Source: Octopus sinensis
Lineage: Eukaryota
DNA length: 64,000 nucleotides
Assembly (NCBI RefSeq): GCF_006345805.1
Contig: NC_043022.1
Coordinates: 11,780,001-11,844,000 of the forward strand
Reading direction: 5' to 3'
The number at the start of each line of letters is the position of its first letter. The first letter of the stretch is position 1. The notes under the pieces were generated by a model that searched no databases, was not told where the DNA came from, and was given only the letters and a program-made list of their open reading frames with translations. The position numbers and the translations under genes are program-made. This document shows positions 51,842 to 63,249 of the stretch, in pieces.

Positions 51842-54190
51842 TATATATGTATACATATAAGTGTGTGTGTATATGTATGTATATATATATACACACACAC
51901 ACACTTGTGAGAAAGAGAAACTGATAGAAGAGAAAGCGGATGCTACACACACACACACACACACGCACATGCACACACAAACGCACACACACACATTCTA
52001 ATTACAACGCTCATTAGGAGAGACAAGATCATAATTATCTTCGCCTGTATCAGAAACAACAATTATATTATTTATTTATTTATTTATCTATTTATTGGTA
52101 ACCATCATCATCATCACACTCACCATTGTAACTACCAACACCACCACCACCATCACCACATATCTATCAGTGCTGCCACCAACACCCAGGCCACTCCAAG
52201 CGCTATCCCTCAAACCTCATTAACCCAAAACTAAGTACAAATCCCTGGAAAATTTACTGCAGCCACAATTAATGTGTCATTACAAACACACACTCCATGC
52301 ATATATAAACACACACAAAGCAAAGCAAAGATCCTTCCGGAGGCAGAGGCTGATAAAGCTGATTTCTTGCATTCTGTGGCCTATATATTTGTATAATCCC
52401 TCGCTGGACGTTGATGCTAGTTTGTCGCAGGGTTATTTATATTCACCAGGTGAGAGGACCGGAAGAACAACATGAAACAAAGTGATTTTCTCAAGAACAC
52501 AATGCATCGCCCAGTCCAGGAATTGAAATCACAATCATATAATGATGACTGCAATACCCTAACCCAGCATTTCTCAACCGGGGTTCCCCCAAACCTTAGG
52601 GTTCTGCAAAGGGTTCCTATGGGTTCCGTGAGAAAGAGTGAGATAAGCTAATGCTAATTTCATGATGGTAATATTACTATCCATGCACATCATCATCATC
52701 ATTTAACGTCCATTCTCCATGGGTTGGATGGTTCGACCGGGGATCTGGGAAGCCGAAAGGCTGCGCCAGGCTCCAGTCTGATCTGGCAGTGTTTCTACAG
52801 CTGGATGCCCTTCCTAACGCCAACAAACTCCGAGAGTGTAGTGGCTGCTTTTTACGTGCCACCGGTGGTTATTGTAATATTGATAATCCTATTATCAAAA
52901 AAAAAATAACAATAGCGCAGGAGTCGCTGTGTGGTAAGTAGCTTGTTTACCAACCGCATGGTTCCGGGTTCAGTCCCACTGCGTAGCACCTTGGGCAAGT
53001 GTCTTCTACTATAGCCTCGGGCCGACCAAAGACTTGTGAGTGGATTTGGTAGACGGAAACTGAAAGAAGCCTGTCGTATATATGTATATATATGTATATG
53101 TATGTGTTTGTCCCCCTAGCATTGCTTGACAACCGATGCTGGTGTGTTTACATCCCCGTTACTTAGTGGTTCGGCAAAAGAGACCGATAGAATAAGTACT
53201 GGGCTTACAAAAGAATAAGTCCCAGGGTCGATTTGCTCGACTAAAGGCGGTGCTCCAGCATGGCCGCCGTCAAATGACTGAAACAAGTAAAAGAGTAAAG
53301 AGTAAGAGTAACCATTGGGGATATATTTAGTGATGTCTGTAATATATGGAGATGCTGTTGTGTACATACATCAATGACTGATGCATCTGGACACATCATC
53401 AGTAATGTGCTTGGAATCATCATGTGTTGGGTCTTTCAACCTCATACGCCCTCCTCCAGGTGATCCAGCTGGGGCTGATCAGACCGCAGTTTGTGTCCAG
53501 CTGACCAGTTAGCTACTCCCATGGCTCTCCTCTTTTGATCCACAGCCATCTTGAGGCCCTCTCTGCTGCATCGGTGGTACTGCGGATGGCCTTCCAAGGT
53601 GCCACGTAGTGGGACTGAAACTGGAACCATGTGGTTGGTAAGCAAGCTACTTACCACCTAGCCACTCCTTTACATACATATACATACATACATACATATA
53701 CATATATATATATATATAAATATAAAGGGGAAAAATTATTAAAAATAATAATTTATACAGGTGGCCAGCATGTGTAAAAAATTTCTGTAGACCATAAATA
53801 TTTTTATAATATATACGTGTGTATAAAATTATACACAAAGAGAAGGACCACCAAGTGGTCTTCCTACATGCTGAAAAGAGATGTCAAATCCCCGAATCCT
53901 CTTCACAGCATGTAGGAAGACCACTTAGTGGTCCTTCCCTTCATTGCATAATTTTATACACACATGTGTGTGTGTGTGTGTGCATGTATATATATATACA
54001 TACACATACATACATGGGTAGATTTGATTAATTTTCGTTGCTTTACTCTCTGCCTGTGTGAATAACCTTCAAGTATTTTGGTTTCTCTGGAAGACCCTTT
54101 TTAAAGTAGAAGAAATAGCTAAGATTTTTGGCTGCTATTTCTGAGCTTCGGTGTGTGGTGAAGCAAATCTTTGCTGAACCCTTTTTATTA

Positions 54191-54233
<43 letters not shown>

Positions 54234-55480
54234 TGAGTAAATGTATGTACACACACATATATATATAGATATATATATACACGCCATAATGTATGTTCAA
54301 AGAAAAGTAAAAAAAACTTTTAATAAGCTGCAGAAGATATACATTTATTACTGAACAGTTCATGACTCATTAAGTGCACACACACACACACACACTTGAA
54401 AAAAAAATCAGTCTCATAGGTATGTGTGTGGGTTTACGTGTGTGTGTATGTGTGTGTGTATGCGTGTGTGTGCACCCATATTATATCATGCAACAGTCAT
54501 TACAGAAATCACCTTTCCTGTAGTGACACACACAGAAAGACACACACACGCACATTCATGCATTCGAATATACACACAAACGCAACACAACACATACACA
54601 CACGCAACAGCGATTATGACAAATGATAAAACAGTAAGAAAACATAAATGACATCATCAACATCAACATCATCATCGTCATCATCAAGGTTCTGTCTAAA
54701 GAAAAAGCTAAAGTGACCAGCAGAGGTCAGACATCAGGGGGTCAAGGGTGAAAAAATGTCATGGGAATTTACCAGCATCTCTTCAACCACTAAAACCAAG
54801 ATGAGTAAGCTTCACTATTGGATGATCTCAAGAGTACACACTTCACAATAGTGTGGGGGAAGGCAGGACTTGAACGTAGGGGTGGGGGGTGTCCGTAGAT
54901 GTGATGGTGGTGGTGGTGGGGTGATGGTTGCATGATGGTGGCCATATGTGTAAAGACAGGCTACAGGTTAATTGATGGTGCTCCAGCATGGTCGTAGAAT
55001 GAGTGTTTGCATCTGAGTATGTATATTCATATTATGTAATAAATGTCATGTTTATAGAGTATGATATACGTGTGTGTGTGTGTGTGCATGCATGCATATA
55101 TGTGTGTATGTATGTGTGTGTGTGTGTGTGTATCATAATCATCATCATAGTTTAGCGTCCGCTTTCCATGCTAGCATGGGTTGGACGGTTCAACTGGGGT
55201 CTGGGAAGCCAGAAGGCTGCACCAGGCCCAGTCTGATCTGGCAATGTTTCTACAGATGGATGCCCTTCCTAACGCCAACCACTCCGTGAGTGTAGTGGGT
55301 GCTTTTTACGTGTCACCTGCACAGGTGCCAGACGAGGCTGGCTAACGGCCATGATCGGATGGTGTTTTTTACGTGCCACCAGCACGAGGCCAGTCGGGGT
55401 GGCGCTGGCAATGGACACGTTCGAATGGTTCTCATACATGCCACCAGCACTGGTATCACAGCTGCAATTTTCATTGATGT

Positions 55481-55517
<37 letters not shown>

Positions 55518-57467
55518 AGGCAGCGAGCTGGCAGAAACGTTAGTGCGCCAGGCAAAATGCATTAATTAGCATATCATAGAATTGCCTTCAGAAGAATGCC
55601 AGTCATAGATACCCCAATGGACTCATGCCAAATGAAGCCCTTCAGCTCTTAAGCTGCTCGTCCAATACAAATTCTGATAACTCCTGGGATTGTGACATTT
55701 GCACAAGACCAATAGAAGTTTAAAGAAAAGGAACATAGCACTGGCTCTGCACAAACCATGCTCAATAATTTAATAAACCCCTGCTGTCTTCTGGGGATAT
55801 CTCTCTTTACTCTTTTACTTGTTTCAGTCATTTGACTGTGGCCATGCTGGAGCACCGCCTTTAGTTGAGCAAATCGACCCCAGGATTTATTCTTTGTAAG
55901 CCTAGTACTTATTCTATCGGTCTCTTTTGCCGAACCGCTAAGTTACTGGAACATAAACACACTAGCATTGGTTGTCAAGCGATGTTGGGGGGAAAAACAC
56001 AGACACACAAACACATATATATATATACACATATATAAGACGGGCTTCTTTCAGTTTCCGTCTACCAAATCCACTCACAAGGCTTTGGTTGGCCTGAGGC
56101 TATAGTAGAAGACACTTGCCCAAGGTGCCATGCAGTGGGACTGAACCCAGAACCATGCGGTTCGTAAGCAAGCTACTTACCACACAGCCACTCGTACACC
56201 TATTGAGTGTTTATAAAGAGGTTAAGGGAATATTCTGAGGGAGTGATCCTAAGGCAGATATGTACAATTATATTTAACCAATATTTGGCATCCCTTGCAG
56301 CTGCAAAAGTTTCGACTTATCTATTCTTTGTGGTGTGTCATTGAGTGGAAAATGGGTTGGAGGAGTGTCACTTGAGTGATGCAAAGGGGGTCATCTCCCA
56401 GGAGTAGGGTATCAACAACAAATGATGGATGCAGCAACGCACAGTTACAGGGCATGTCCCCATATTACTGCTGCTTCTCCTTCTCATTCATAGCTTCTTT
56501 CTCCATTTCCCGTCTTCCTATGTAGTCTGACATTGTTTTTAGTTCCCCATCAGTTGCAGCCAATCACCCAAGCACAAAAGATCACAAACTTTTTTTTTTC
56601 TTCTCTCCTCTACCTATCCCCAGTCCATCATGTCAACCCCTGCAGATAGAAGCAGTTCAAATTTTGTACTTAATTTATTGACCCTAAAAGGATGAAAGTG
56701 GAGATGCAATGGCCCAGTGGTTAGGGCAGCAGATTTGCGGTTGGAGGATCGCAGTTTCGATTCCCAGACTGGGAGTTGTGTGTGTTTATTGAACGAAAAC
56801 ACCTAAAAGCTCCACGAGGCTCCAGCAGGGGGTGGTGGTGACCCCTATTGTACTCTTTCGCCCCGAATTTATCTCACTCTCTCTTCCTGTTTCTTGAGTA
56901 ACGCTGCGATGGACTGGCGTCCCGTCCAGCTGTGGGGAACACATACGCCACAGAAACTGGGAAACCAGGCCCATGAACCTGGCTAGGCTTGAAAAGGGCG
57001 ACGTTTCTCATTTTTTTAAGGGATGAAAGGCAAAGTTGACCTCAGTGGAATTTGTCTCAAGACATAAAGACAAACAAAACACTGCTGAGCATCCCCCCAC
57101 CCCGCATGCTAATCATTCTGCCATTTTGCCACCTTACAGACAGCAATATCACTTCACTTTTTCTGTTACATTTTCCAGTTAATATAGATATGTATATATA
57201 CACTCACACGTATATGTGTGTATAAAGATGTTATGTTTGTATTTGAAAATGTGTTGAACTGTGAAGTGTACACACACATCCATATATATGCATGAATATA
57301 TATGTATATATATACGTACACATGCATATATTACACACACACAAACATACATACATGCACAAATATTTAACCTCCTTGCAAAGAACAAACAGCAGCAACA
57401 AAGGTGGTGAAGGTGGCGTAGAACGTAAGAGAGAAATACAAGAAGGAAAGAGAAGTGGTAGAGAGAG

Positions 57468-57500
<33 letters not shown>

Positions 57501-60500
57501 AGAAAGATAGAGAGAAAGAAAGAGAGAGAAAGATAGAGAAAGAAGAAAAAAGAAAGAAAGAAGGAAGAAAGAAGGAAAAAGAAAGAAAGAAGAGAAAAGA
57601 AAGCGAGAGAGGAGAGAACAAAGAAAGAAAGAAGGAAGAAGGAGAAGGACAGACAGACAGACAGACAGACAGACGAAGAACAGACAGAAAGAAAGAGAGA
57701 GCGAAAGAAAGAGAGAAGAAAGAGAGAGAGAGAAAAAGAGAGAAGGAAATGAAAGAGAGAGAAAGAAAGAAAGAAAGAAGAGAGAAAGAAAGAGAGAAAG
57801 AAAGACAGAAAGAAAGAATAGAGAAATAAGAAAGAGAGAGTGAAAGAAAAAGAAAGAGAGTGAAATAAAGAGAGAAAAAGAAAGAAAAGAATAAAGAAAA
57901 GAGAGTAAGAAGAAAGAAAGAAAGAAAGAAAGAAAAGAAAGAAGAAGAAAGAAGGAAAGAGAGAAAAAGAAAGAAAGAAGAGAAAGAAAGAAAGAAAAGA
58001 AAGAAAGAAAGAAGAAAGAGAAAGAAGAAGGAAAGAAAGAAAGAGAAAGAAAGAAAGAGAGAAAGAAAGAGAGAAAGAAAGAAAGAAAGAAGAAAGAAAG
58101 AAAAAGAAAGAAAGAAAGAAAAAGAAGAAAGAAAGAGAGAGAGAGAGAAAGCCACCGGCAGAGTGTGCAAAGGTGAAGTAATGTGGGTGAACTTACCACA
58201 GCTGTCACAGATAAAGCAGTCAATATGAAAAACTTGATCCATCGCTGTACAGCCATTGCTCGGACCCACCACACGATGGCCACATTTGGAACACATTCCT
58301 AAATAGAGACAAGACAAACAAAAAAAAAAGAAAGAAAATGGATAAAGAGATAGAAATGAATATAAAAGAACAACAATATACAGGTAAAAGAGTTGTTGCT
58401 ACTGCTGCACCCACGAATTTTTACCTTTACCTCTTGTTCTGTTTGAACCTAGAATAAACACGACCTCAAACAACACTAGTCTCTCACACTGGTGCAGCTT
58501 TGATAAGCTTGTACGGTCTATCTATCTTTCTATTTGTCTATAATACACATATAGAGACACATATATATATACACCTATGTACAACTTTGCCTCCTCCGAC
58601 TCCTCTGTCTTGTCGAAATGAGAAAAAAGGAGGAGGAAGAAAGAGAAAGGACACACTAAGGGGACATAAGCAGTCATTTGTGGGGGGGGGAGAGAGAAGG
58701 AAGAAAAAAGGCATAAAAGAAACAGTATAGAAAGAGAGCAGGGGAATGCGGTTAATAGGAGTGGTTAAGGAGGTGAAGGGGAAGAACGAAATTAGGGGAA
58801 TTAAAGCAATTAAGAGCAGGACAAAAAAAGGTGAAAAGTTTTTTTTAGAAAATTCGTTTTTGTTTTTTTTTTTAAAGAAATCTCAAAAATTGCTTCAAAA
58901 AAGAAATTTTTTAAAAAGTTTTTTAAGCTTAAACTTCACATATATGGAAGCACTCCGTCGGTTACGACGACGAGGGTTCCGGTTGATCCGAATCAACGGA
59001 ACAGCCTGCTCGTGAAATTAACGATAAAGTGGCTGAGCACTCCACAGACACGTGTACCCTTAACGTAGTTCTAGGGGATATTCAGCGTGACACAGAGAGT
59101 GACAAGGCCGGCCCTTTGAAATACAGGTACAACAGAAACAGGAAGTAAGAGTGAGAGAAAGTTGTGGTGAAAGAGTACAGCAGGGATCACCACCACCCCC
59201 TGCCGGAGCCTCGTGGAGCTTTTAGGTGTTTTCGCTCAATAAACACTCACAACGCCCGGTCTAGGAATCGAAACCGCGATCCTACGACCGCGAGTCCGCT
59301 GCCCTAACCCCTCAAATACAAAGAGAATGAAGAACGAACATACAGAGAGAAAGACGGTTACGATGAGACAGTCGGACACGGACAACACAAGGGAGATAAC
59401 TTTTCGTTTAATGCCAGAAAAAGATTTTCATTTCTGTTTAGATTAACCACAAGAAGCAATTTTGGAAAGGAATTGAGCGATGCCACGCAGTGGGACTGAA
59501 CCTGGAACCATGTGGTTGGTTAGCAAGCTACTTATCACGCAGCCACTCCTGCGCCTCTGCAAAATATTAACACTGAATATACTTTTGATCTTTCACTTTC
59601 AGCCCCCCACCCACTAGACTGTGTGTGGTGCTCTAGCATGGCCACAGAACATTGAGTTTAACCAGTAAAAGAACACAAGAATATTTGGTAATGCCAGTAG
59701 ATCGCATAGAAAGTTTGGCAATCTTTCGTCTCTAGTAGACCTTTCCGTCGATTTCCGTAAAAAAATTTTTTTTTTTTTACATATGGGCTTGCGGGAACTT
59801 TTGAAGTAATGAGAGCGAAAGAGACTAAGAGAAAGCGATTGTATGACGAGGGAAGTTCTTTTGAAGTTACCGTCCAGGGGAGCATTGATGGACATGTGTG
59901 TGTGTGTGTGTTTGATGGGGTGTGGGAGACAGACAGTATGTTGTGTAAGTGAAGTGCTTCTGTTAATGTGTGTGAAGAGACAGAGAGAGTAATGTGTGAA
60001 AGAAAGAGATAACTGAAATTTTTTACTCGGTGTATGTGTATATGTATGTATATTACTTCAAAAGTTCCCGCAAGCCCATATGTGAAAAGAAAAATTTTTT
60101 TACGGAAATCGACGGAAAGGTCTACTAGAGACGAAAGATCACCGAAAGTTTGTTACTTACCAAAGAAGTCAGGATCACCAGCAGACTCAATGTTTTGCAT
60201 CAACAAACTAGTCAAGGCATCTACTTCTGCTTCTTTGCCCACCTTCCTACCATCGGACCGAGGTAGGGAGTTCGTGGTGTAGCTGCCTGCCGGACTGGAA
60301 GCAGCGAGAGGGCTAGGGTTGACGGGATCCGAATACCCCGGGTATTTGTGCTGCTGTGGCAACGCTTGAACGGGTGCTTTGTAGCTGACCGACTGCTGAG
60401 GAGTACCGACACCAATCCCACCGCCAACCACAGCACTAGCGCTGCTGTGGACATTGGAGTAGCTCGGCACGGCCTGGGAGGGGCCCTGGGGTGGAGGGGG

Positions 60501-60928
60501 AAGATCGCTATGGTTCATGTAGTTCGGCTGGTTCAAGTAGTGCGACGGGGTGGAAGACGCAGCCGAAGACGGCGCCGTCACGGAAACTGACCGTGAATTG
60601 TAGCTGCTGCTTACGCTGCTGTAGGGTGGCTGTCCTGATGGATAGCTAGAGGGTGGGGGCAGGGATGGATTGTACACAGTGGGGGTGGCCATGGCTGTGC
60701 CAGAGGTTGCATGCTCGATTGGCGGAGGAGGAGGGGGAAGGTTGTAGGCATCGTTGCGGTTTGAGTAGTAAGTGGTGTGGGTGAGGTCAGAGGTGGTCGG
60801 AGGAGGGGGAGGAAAGAGTGGCGGTGGGGGGAAGTTGTCTTCTGTGTAGCGAGTGGTCATAGAGTGCACGACGGGTGGAGGTGGTAGTTCTTCATCATTT
60901 CTCATAGATGGTCTGAAGACAGCAGGAA
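23270..60928 (-). CDS. LPP: Zyxin/LPP/TRIP6-family triple-LIM protein (lipoma-preferred partner homolog), 5'-partial: complement(join(60161..60928,58197..58298,30218..30285,28835..28882,26406..26536,25826..25946,23270..23401)), 455 aa in window
   Basis: Pro-rich region with FPPPP/LPPPP motifs, an NES-like EVDALTSLL segment, and three LIM domains nearly colinear with recalled human LPP ([64 protein letters not shown]). Ends TTEL (LPP ends STDL, a PDZ-binding motif). All junctions are GT-AG with matching phases. Confidence 0.93.
23595..24240. repeat. 101-bp tandem repeat, about 5.5 copies, in the last LPP intron
   Basis: cccttatcatatacagg at 23595, 23696, 23797 and onward. Confidence 0.93.
24650..24890 (-). 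mobile_element. SINE family C copy
   Basis: Full head-to-tail reverse complement of 30340-30570. Confidence 0.8.
25162..25500 (+). mobile_element. tRNA-derived SINE family E (head GGCGCATGGCTCAGTGGTTAGAGCG)
   Basis: Clear A/B boxes (TGGCTCAGTGG, GTTTGAATCCC); copies at 50640-50940 and a degraded one at 27820-28110. Confidence 0.8.
25826..25946 (-). CDS. LPP: LPP-like exon: first part of LIM3
   Basis: Acceptor attttcaacag|; [40 protein letters not shown]; donor |gtaagt. Confidence 0.95.
25990..26356. repeat. (GT)/(GAGT) compound microsatellite filling most of an LPP intron
   Basis: Direct reading. Confidence 0.95.
26406..26536 (-). CDS. LPP: LPP-like exon: rest of LIM2
   Basis: [43 protein letters not shown](K); donor AA|gtaagt. 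Confidence 0.95.
28835..28882 (-). CDS. LPP: LPP-like exon: start of LIM2
   Basis: Acceptor ctctctctacag|; [16 protein letters not shown]; donor |gtaagt. Confidence 0.93.
30218..30285 (-). CDS. LPP: LPP-like exon: second part of LIM1
   Basis: Acceptor ttctctttccag|; (G)[22 protein letters not shown]; donor |gtgagt. Confidence 0.93.
30340..30790 (+). mobile_element. Two tandem SINE family C copies
   Basis: Head ggcggcgagctggcagaa at 30340; second copy starts about 30572. Confidence 0.85.
32700..33010. repeat. (ACACACACATGT)-type compound repeat
   Basis: Direct reading. Confidence 0.9.
34195..34425. mobile_element. piggyBac-like MITE copy (opposite orientation)
   Basis: Reverse complement of the 40160-40378 family. 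Confidence 0.65.
34665..35095 (-). mobile_element. SINE family B copy
   Basis: Full length. Confidence 0.85.
35950..36330 (-). mobile_element. SINE family A copy
   Basis: Near-identical to 58945-59310 and the reverse complement of 17-240. Confidence 0.85.
36660..37230. repeat. Interspersed repeat (unclassified) with short terminal duplication
   Basis: Start gagtgagaaagcagtgcatgccatcaaagtgacactg also at 36380-36425; 3' 29-mer duplicated at 37168-37230. Confidence 0.55.
37262..37319 (-). CDS. Putative terminal exon 3 of nested gene ([19 protein letters not shown])
   Basis: Acceptor ccctattttaatgacag|; phase-2 compatible; ends TGA at 37262-37264. Total 3715+46+58=3819 nt = 1272 aa + stop. Confidence 0.45.
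38121..38775 (+). mobile_element. Probable non-autonomous Helitron-like element
   Basis: A|TCTTTATATATATAAAA 5' end; GACCCG-GCAAAGA-CGGGTC hairpin then CTAG|T. Confidence 0.55.
39518..39563 (-). CDS. Putative exon 2 of nested gene (46 nt; [15 protein letters not shown])
   Basis: Acceptor tctcatttggattccccttacag|, donor TT|gtaagt; accepts the phase-1 donor at 40440 in frame. Confidence 0.55.
39655..40105 (+). mobile_element. Retroposon family D copy with 129-bp internal direct duplication
   Basis: Units at 39661 and 39790; (GAT)n tail at about 40086-40105. Confidence 0.8.
40160..40378. mobile_element. piggyBac-like MITE
   Basis: TTAA|CCCTTTAG...CTAAAGGG|TTAA; related copies at 34195-34425, 35160-35530, 61203-61290. 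Confidence 0.8.
40441..44155 (-). CDS. Giant exon of an intron-nested gene: catalytically dead KRBA2/SCAND3-like (Ginger2-type) integrase core, long acidic disordered region, Cys/His cluster
   Basis: 1258-codon track ORF 40379..44155 with no repeat insertions. aa ~15-210 align by eye to the KRBA2-like consensus (YQDxxxK, L-x-KSK-x-x-x-VA, G-x-P-x-x-x-x-S, W-M-x-x-N-x-x-x-x-W-S-x-G-x-x-x-V-Q-F). Strong donor AAAA|gtaagg at 40440; the last 20 codons look like T-rich intronic read-through. Confidence 0.8.
44250..44560. repeat. (TTG/TTA) trinucleotide compound repeat
   Basis: Direct reading; immediately upstream of the giant exon on the - strand. Confidence 0.95.
45396..45990. repeat. 115-bp tandem repeat, 5 full copies plus partial
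   Basis: ctaaactatcagtaa at 45396, 45511, 45626, 45741, 45856, partial at 45971. Confidence 0.93.
46370..49340. repeat. ~3-kb (GGT/GAT) trinucleotide array
   Basis: Direct reading; generates the poly-P/H/T and poly-G/D/V/M ORFs. Confidence 0.95.
49590..49980 (+). repeat. Interspersed repeat family (TGCTAGAAATAGCAGCCAAATCT core), two copies
   Basis: Same core at 3430-3520, 18450-18570, 29000-29050, 54110-54150(-), 62760-62980(-), 1300-1540(-). Confidence 0.65.
50210..50620 (+). mobile_element. SINE family B copy
   Basis: Slightly 5'-truncated. Confidence 0.85.
50640..50940 (+). mobile_element. SINE family E copy (5'-truncated)
   Basis: Matches 25195-25500. Confidence 0.8.
52917..53305 (+). 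mobile_element. SINE family B copy
   Basis: Full length. Confidence 0.85.
53340..53600 (-). mobile_element. RTE-like LINE remnant
   Basis: Degraded [10 protein letters not shown] segment resembling an RTE C-terminus. Confidence 0.4.
55140..55480 (-). mobile_element. Retroposon family D copy
   Basis: Matches 8095-8390. Confidence 0.8.
55800..56195 (-). mobile_element. SINE family B copy
   Basis: Full length. Confidence 0.85.
56697..57000 (+). mobile_element. SINE family A copy
   Basis: ggagatgcaatggcccagtggttagggcagc head. Confidence 0.8.
57440..58150. repeat. ~700-bp polypurine (GAAA/GA) tract
   Basis: Almost no pyrimidines on the + strand. Confidence 0.95.
58197..58298 (-). CDS. LPP: LPP-like exon: first part of LIM1
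   Basis: (G)[33 protein letters not shown](G); acceptor tctctatttag|, donor G|gtaagt (phase 1). Confidence 0.95.
58945..59310 (-). mobile_element. SINE family A copy
   Basis: Near-identical to 35950-36330. Confidence 0.85.
60161..60928 (-). CDS. LPP: LPP-like exon: proline-rich/pre-LIM region
   Basis: Track ORF 60153..60905. Donor TTTG|gtaagt (phase 1). Likely acceptor cctctgtttcag| at 60929 (phase 1); an alternative acceptor lies at 60913. Confidence 0.85.
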
Positions 60929-61293
60929 CTGAAACAGAGGAACGTCACCTTTGTAAAAGACTAGTTTCACAAAATTTATTAAAAAAACACAGTTTATTAC
61001 TGTTAATAGATGATGAACACAAAAAAAAAAAAATGATAACACAGAAGGGACAAGTTTTAACAAATGTTGTATTAGTTTCACCATTTAGGCAAATTTGTCA
61101 AATGTAACGCTTAGTGATTCACCTTGTTTTGAATTAATCATGCATTATCTGATGAAGGACTGTTGTCCGAAATGTCAAAACTCATTCCTTTCCTTTAAGC
61201 ATTAACCCTTTAGCATTTAAACCAGCCATATCCGGCCAAAATTTTCCATTTGCTTTATGTTCAAACTGACCAGACCCAGGTTCTCACACCTAC

Positions 61294-61341
<48 letters not shown>

Positions 61342-61667
61342 CATAATTAAGGGCAAACGACGAAGGGAGGGCTGTAATAAGCTAACCCTGAAATCGGTCC
61401 GATATGGTAATAATGGAATGTTTTAGAAATTTCTGTCGACCTTTTGTCGAGTAGCGTGCATATTGTGAAAAAATTATATGGTTAATGGACAATATGTCCA
61501 ATTTTTCGGCATATCTGGCATTAGAAAATTTTTTCATTTACCCTTAATTATGAATTGTTTATAGATTTAACTTTTAAAGGTATTTTTGATATGCTGGCCA
61601 TTGATAAAATTTTTTTTGAAAAAGAATATATTTTTTTCGAAAAAAATTTTATCCTTCATTAGATAGA

Positions 61668-61699
<32 letters not shown>

Positions 61700-61925
61700 C
61701 AGTAATCCCTTATCATATCGTGGTTCACCTTTTGCGGTTTATGATTTAAGCTTACACTGATTCCTCCATGGTGTTGTTTTGCATTTATAATAAAATAAAT
61801 ACGAACAAATTATAAAAATAATTTTTTAAAAATATATAGTACAGTACTGTTTCTACTTCACAGATTTTCACCTATCGTGAGTGGGGGTGGAACATAACAC
61901 CCACGATAATCAAAGGATTACTCTG
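61700..61925. mobile_element. Tc1/mariner-type MITE
   Basis: TA|CAGTAATCCC...GGATTACT(CT)G|TA imperfect TIRs. Confidence 0.6.
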
Positions 61926-62264
61926 TATGTGTGTATGTGTATCCCTGGACAGGATACTGGTCTGTCGCAGCAATGCTCCTTTTTATCAGCTGAGTGGACT
62001 GGAGCAACACGAAATGAAGTGTTTGGCTCTAAAACACAACGCAGGAATTGAAACCACAGTCGTTGATGTGGTTATGGATGAAGGGCATGATAGACGGAAC
62101 TGAAAGGGATACAGCAAGCCCCTAAACACAGAGGGAAGGAAAGCCAGTTTGAAAAGCTCCTGTCACTACCTAAAGTGGTCCTGGTTCCCTCAGAGTGTCA
62201 GGAACAAATGAGTCAAAACATTTGTTTGTTGGACGAGAGATCTCTTTTTTTTCTTTTTTTTTTA

Positions 62265-62453
62265 CTTGTTCCTGTCATTTGACTGCGGCCATGCTGGAGC
62301 ACCGCCTTTAGTCGAGCAAATCGACCCCAGAACTTATTCTTTGTAGAGCTAGTACTTAATCTATCAGTTTCTTTTGCCGAACCGCTAAGTTACGGGGACA
62401 TGAACACACCAGCATCAGTTGTCAAGCGATTTTGGGGGACAAACACAGACACA

Positions 62454-62493
<40 letters not shown>

Positions 62494-62655
62494 TACGACG
62501 GGCTTCTTTCAGTTTCCCTCTACCAAATCCACTCACAAATCTTTGGTCGACCTGAGGCTATAGTAGAAGACACTTGCCCAAAGTGTCACGCAGTGGGACT
62601 GAACCCGGAACCATGTGGTTGATAAGCAAGCTACTTACCACACAGCCACTCCTGC
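62265..62655 (-). mobile_element. SINE family B copy
   Basis: Full length. Confidence 0.85.
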
Positions 62656-63249
62656 TGAAAATTTCTGTTGTCCACTCACCCAGTAACATGTTTCCACACA
62701 TTACTTTATCCAAACATCTTTTTACTTTTTGGGATGTAATTGAGGGAGATTTGACTGTTGTTCTAGCAAATCGAGAGACCACGCAGTGGTTCCCTATCTT
62801 TATGTAAGAAACTCTAGAAGTCCGTATCTCAAGTAGAGGCGGTGGGAGTCAGTAAGAATCACAAAATCAATAGCAGTTGGTATTATTATTGGTCAGTCTG
62901 CCAGCTATGATTAAAACCGCTCCATCCATAGCTCTCTCGTCTTTTTCTTTATTCATCTATAATGCATCTAGACTACATTACCCAATGTGTCTTCCTTTTT
63001 TTTTTCTTTAAGATCGTAAGCAGTATGACTTTGCTTTTAAAATTACAACCAGACGATCCAACAAGAGTTACATCCCTTGAAACAAAGTCATTGTGGCAGG
63101 AAACGGCTTCAGTAAATTCTTTAAAATAAGGCGACGATCTGGTCTAACTGTTAGCACAAAATGGGTTACTGTCATGTAACGACTGACCTGACCATTGCTT
63201 TGAATCTAATGTTTTAAGAATATACACTTTCCACCACCATTATCAACGC

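Noticed and set aside
57231-58283. 316-350-aa Phe/Ser/Leu-rich 'membrane' ORFs
   Set aside because: Translation of the polypurine tract; only 58197-58298 is a real exon.
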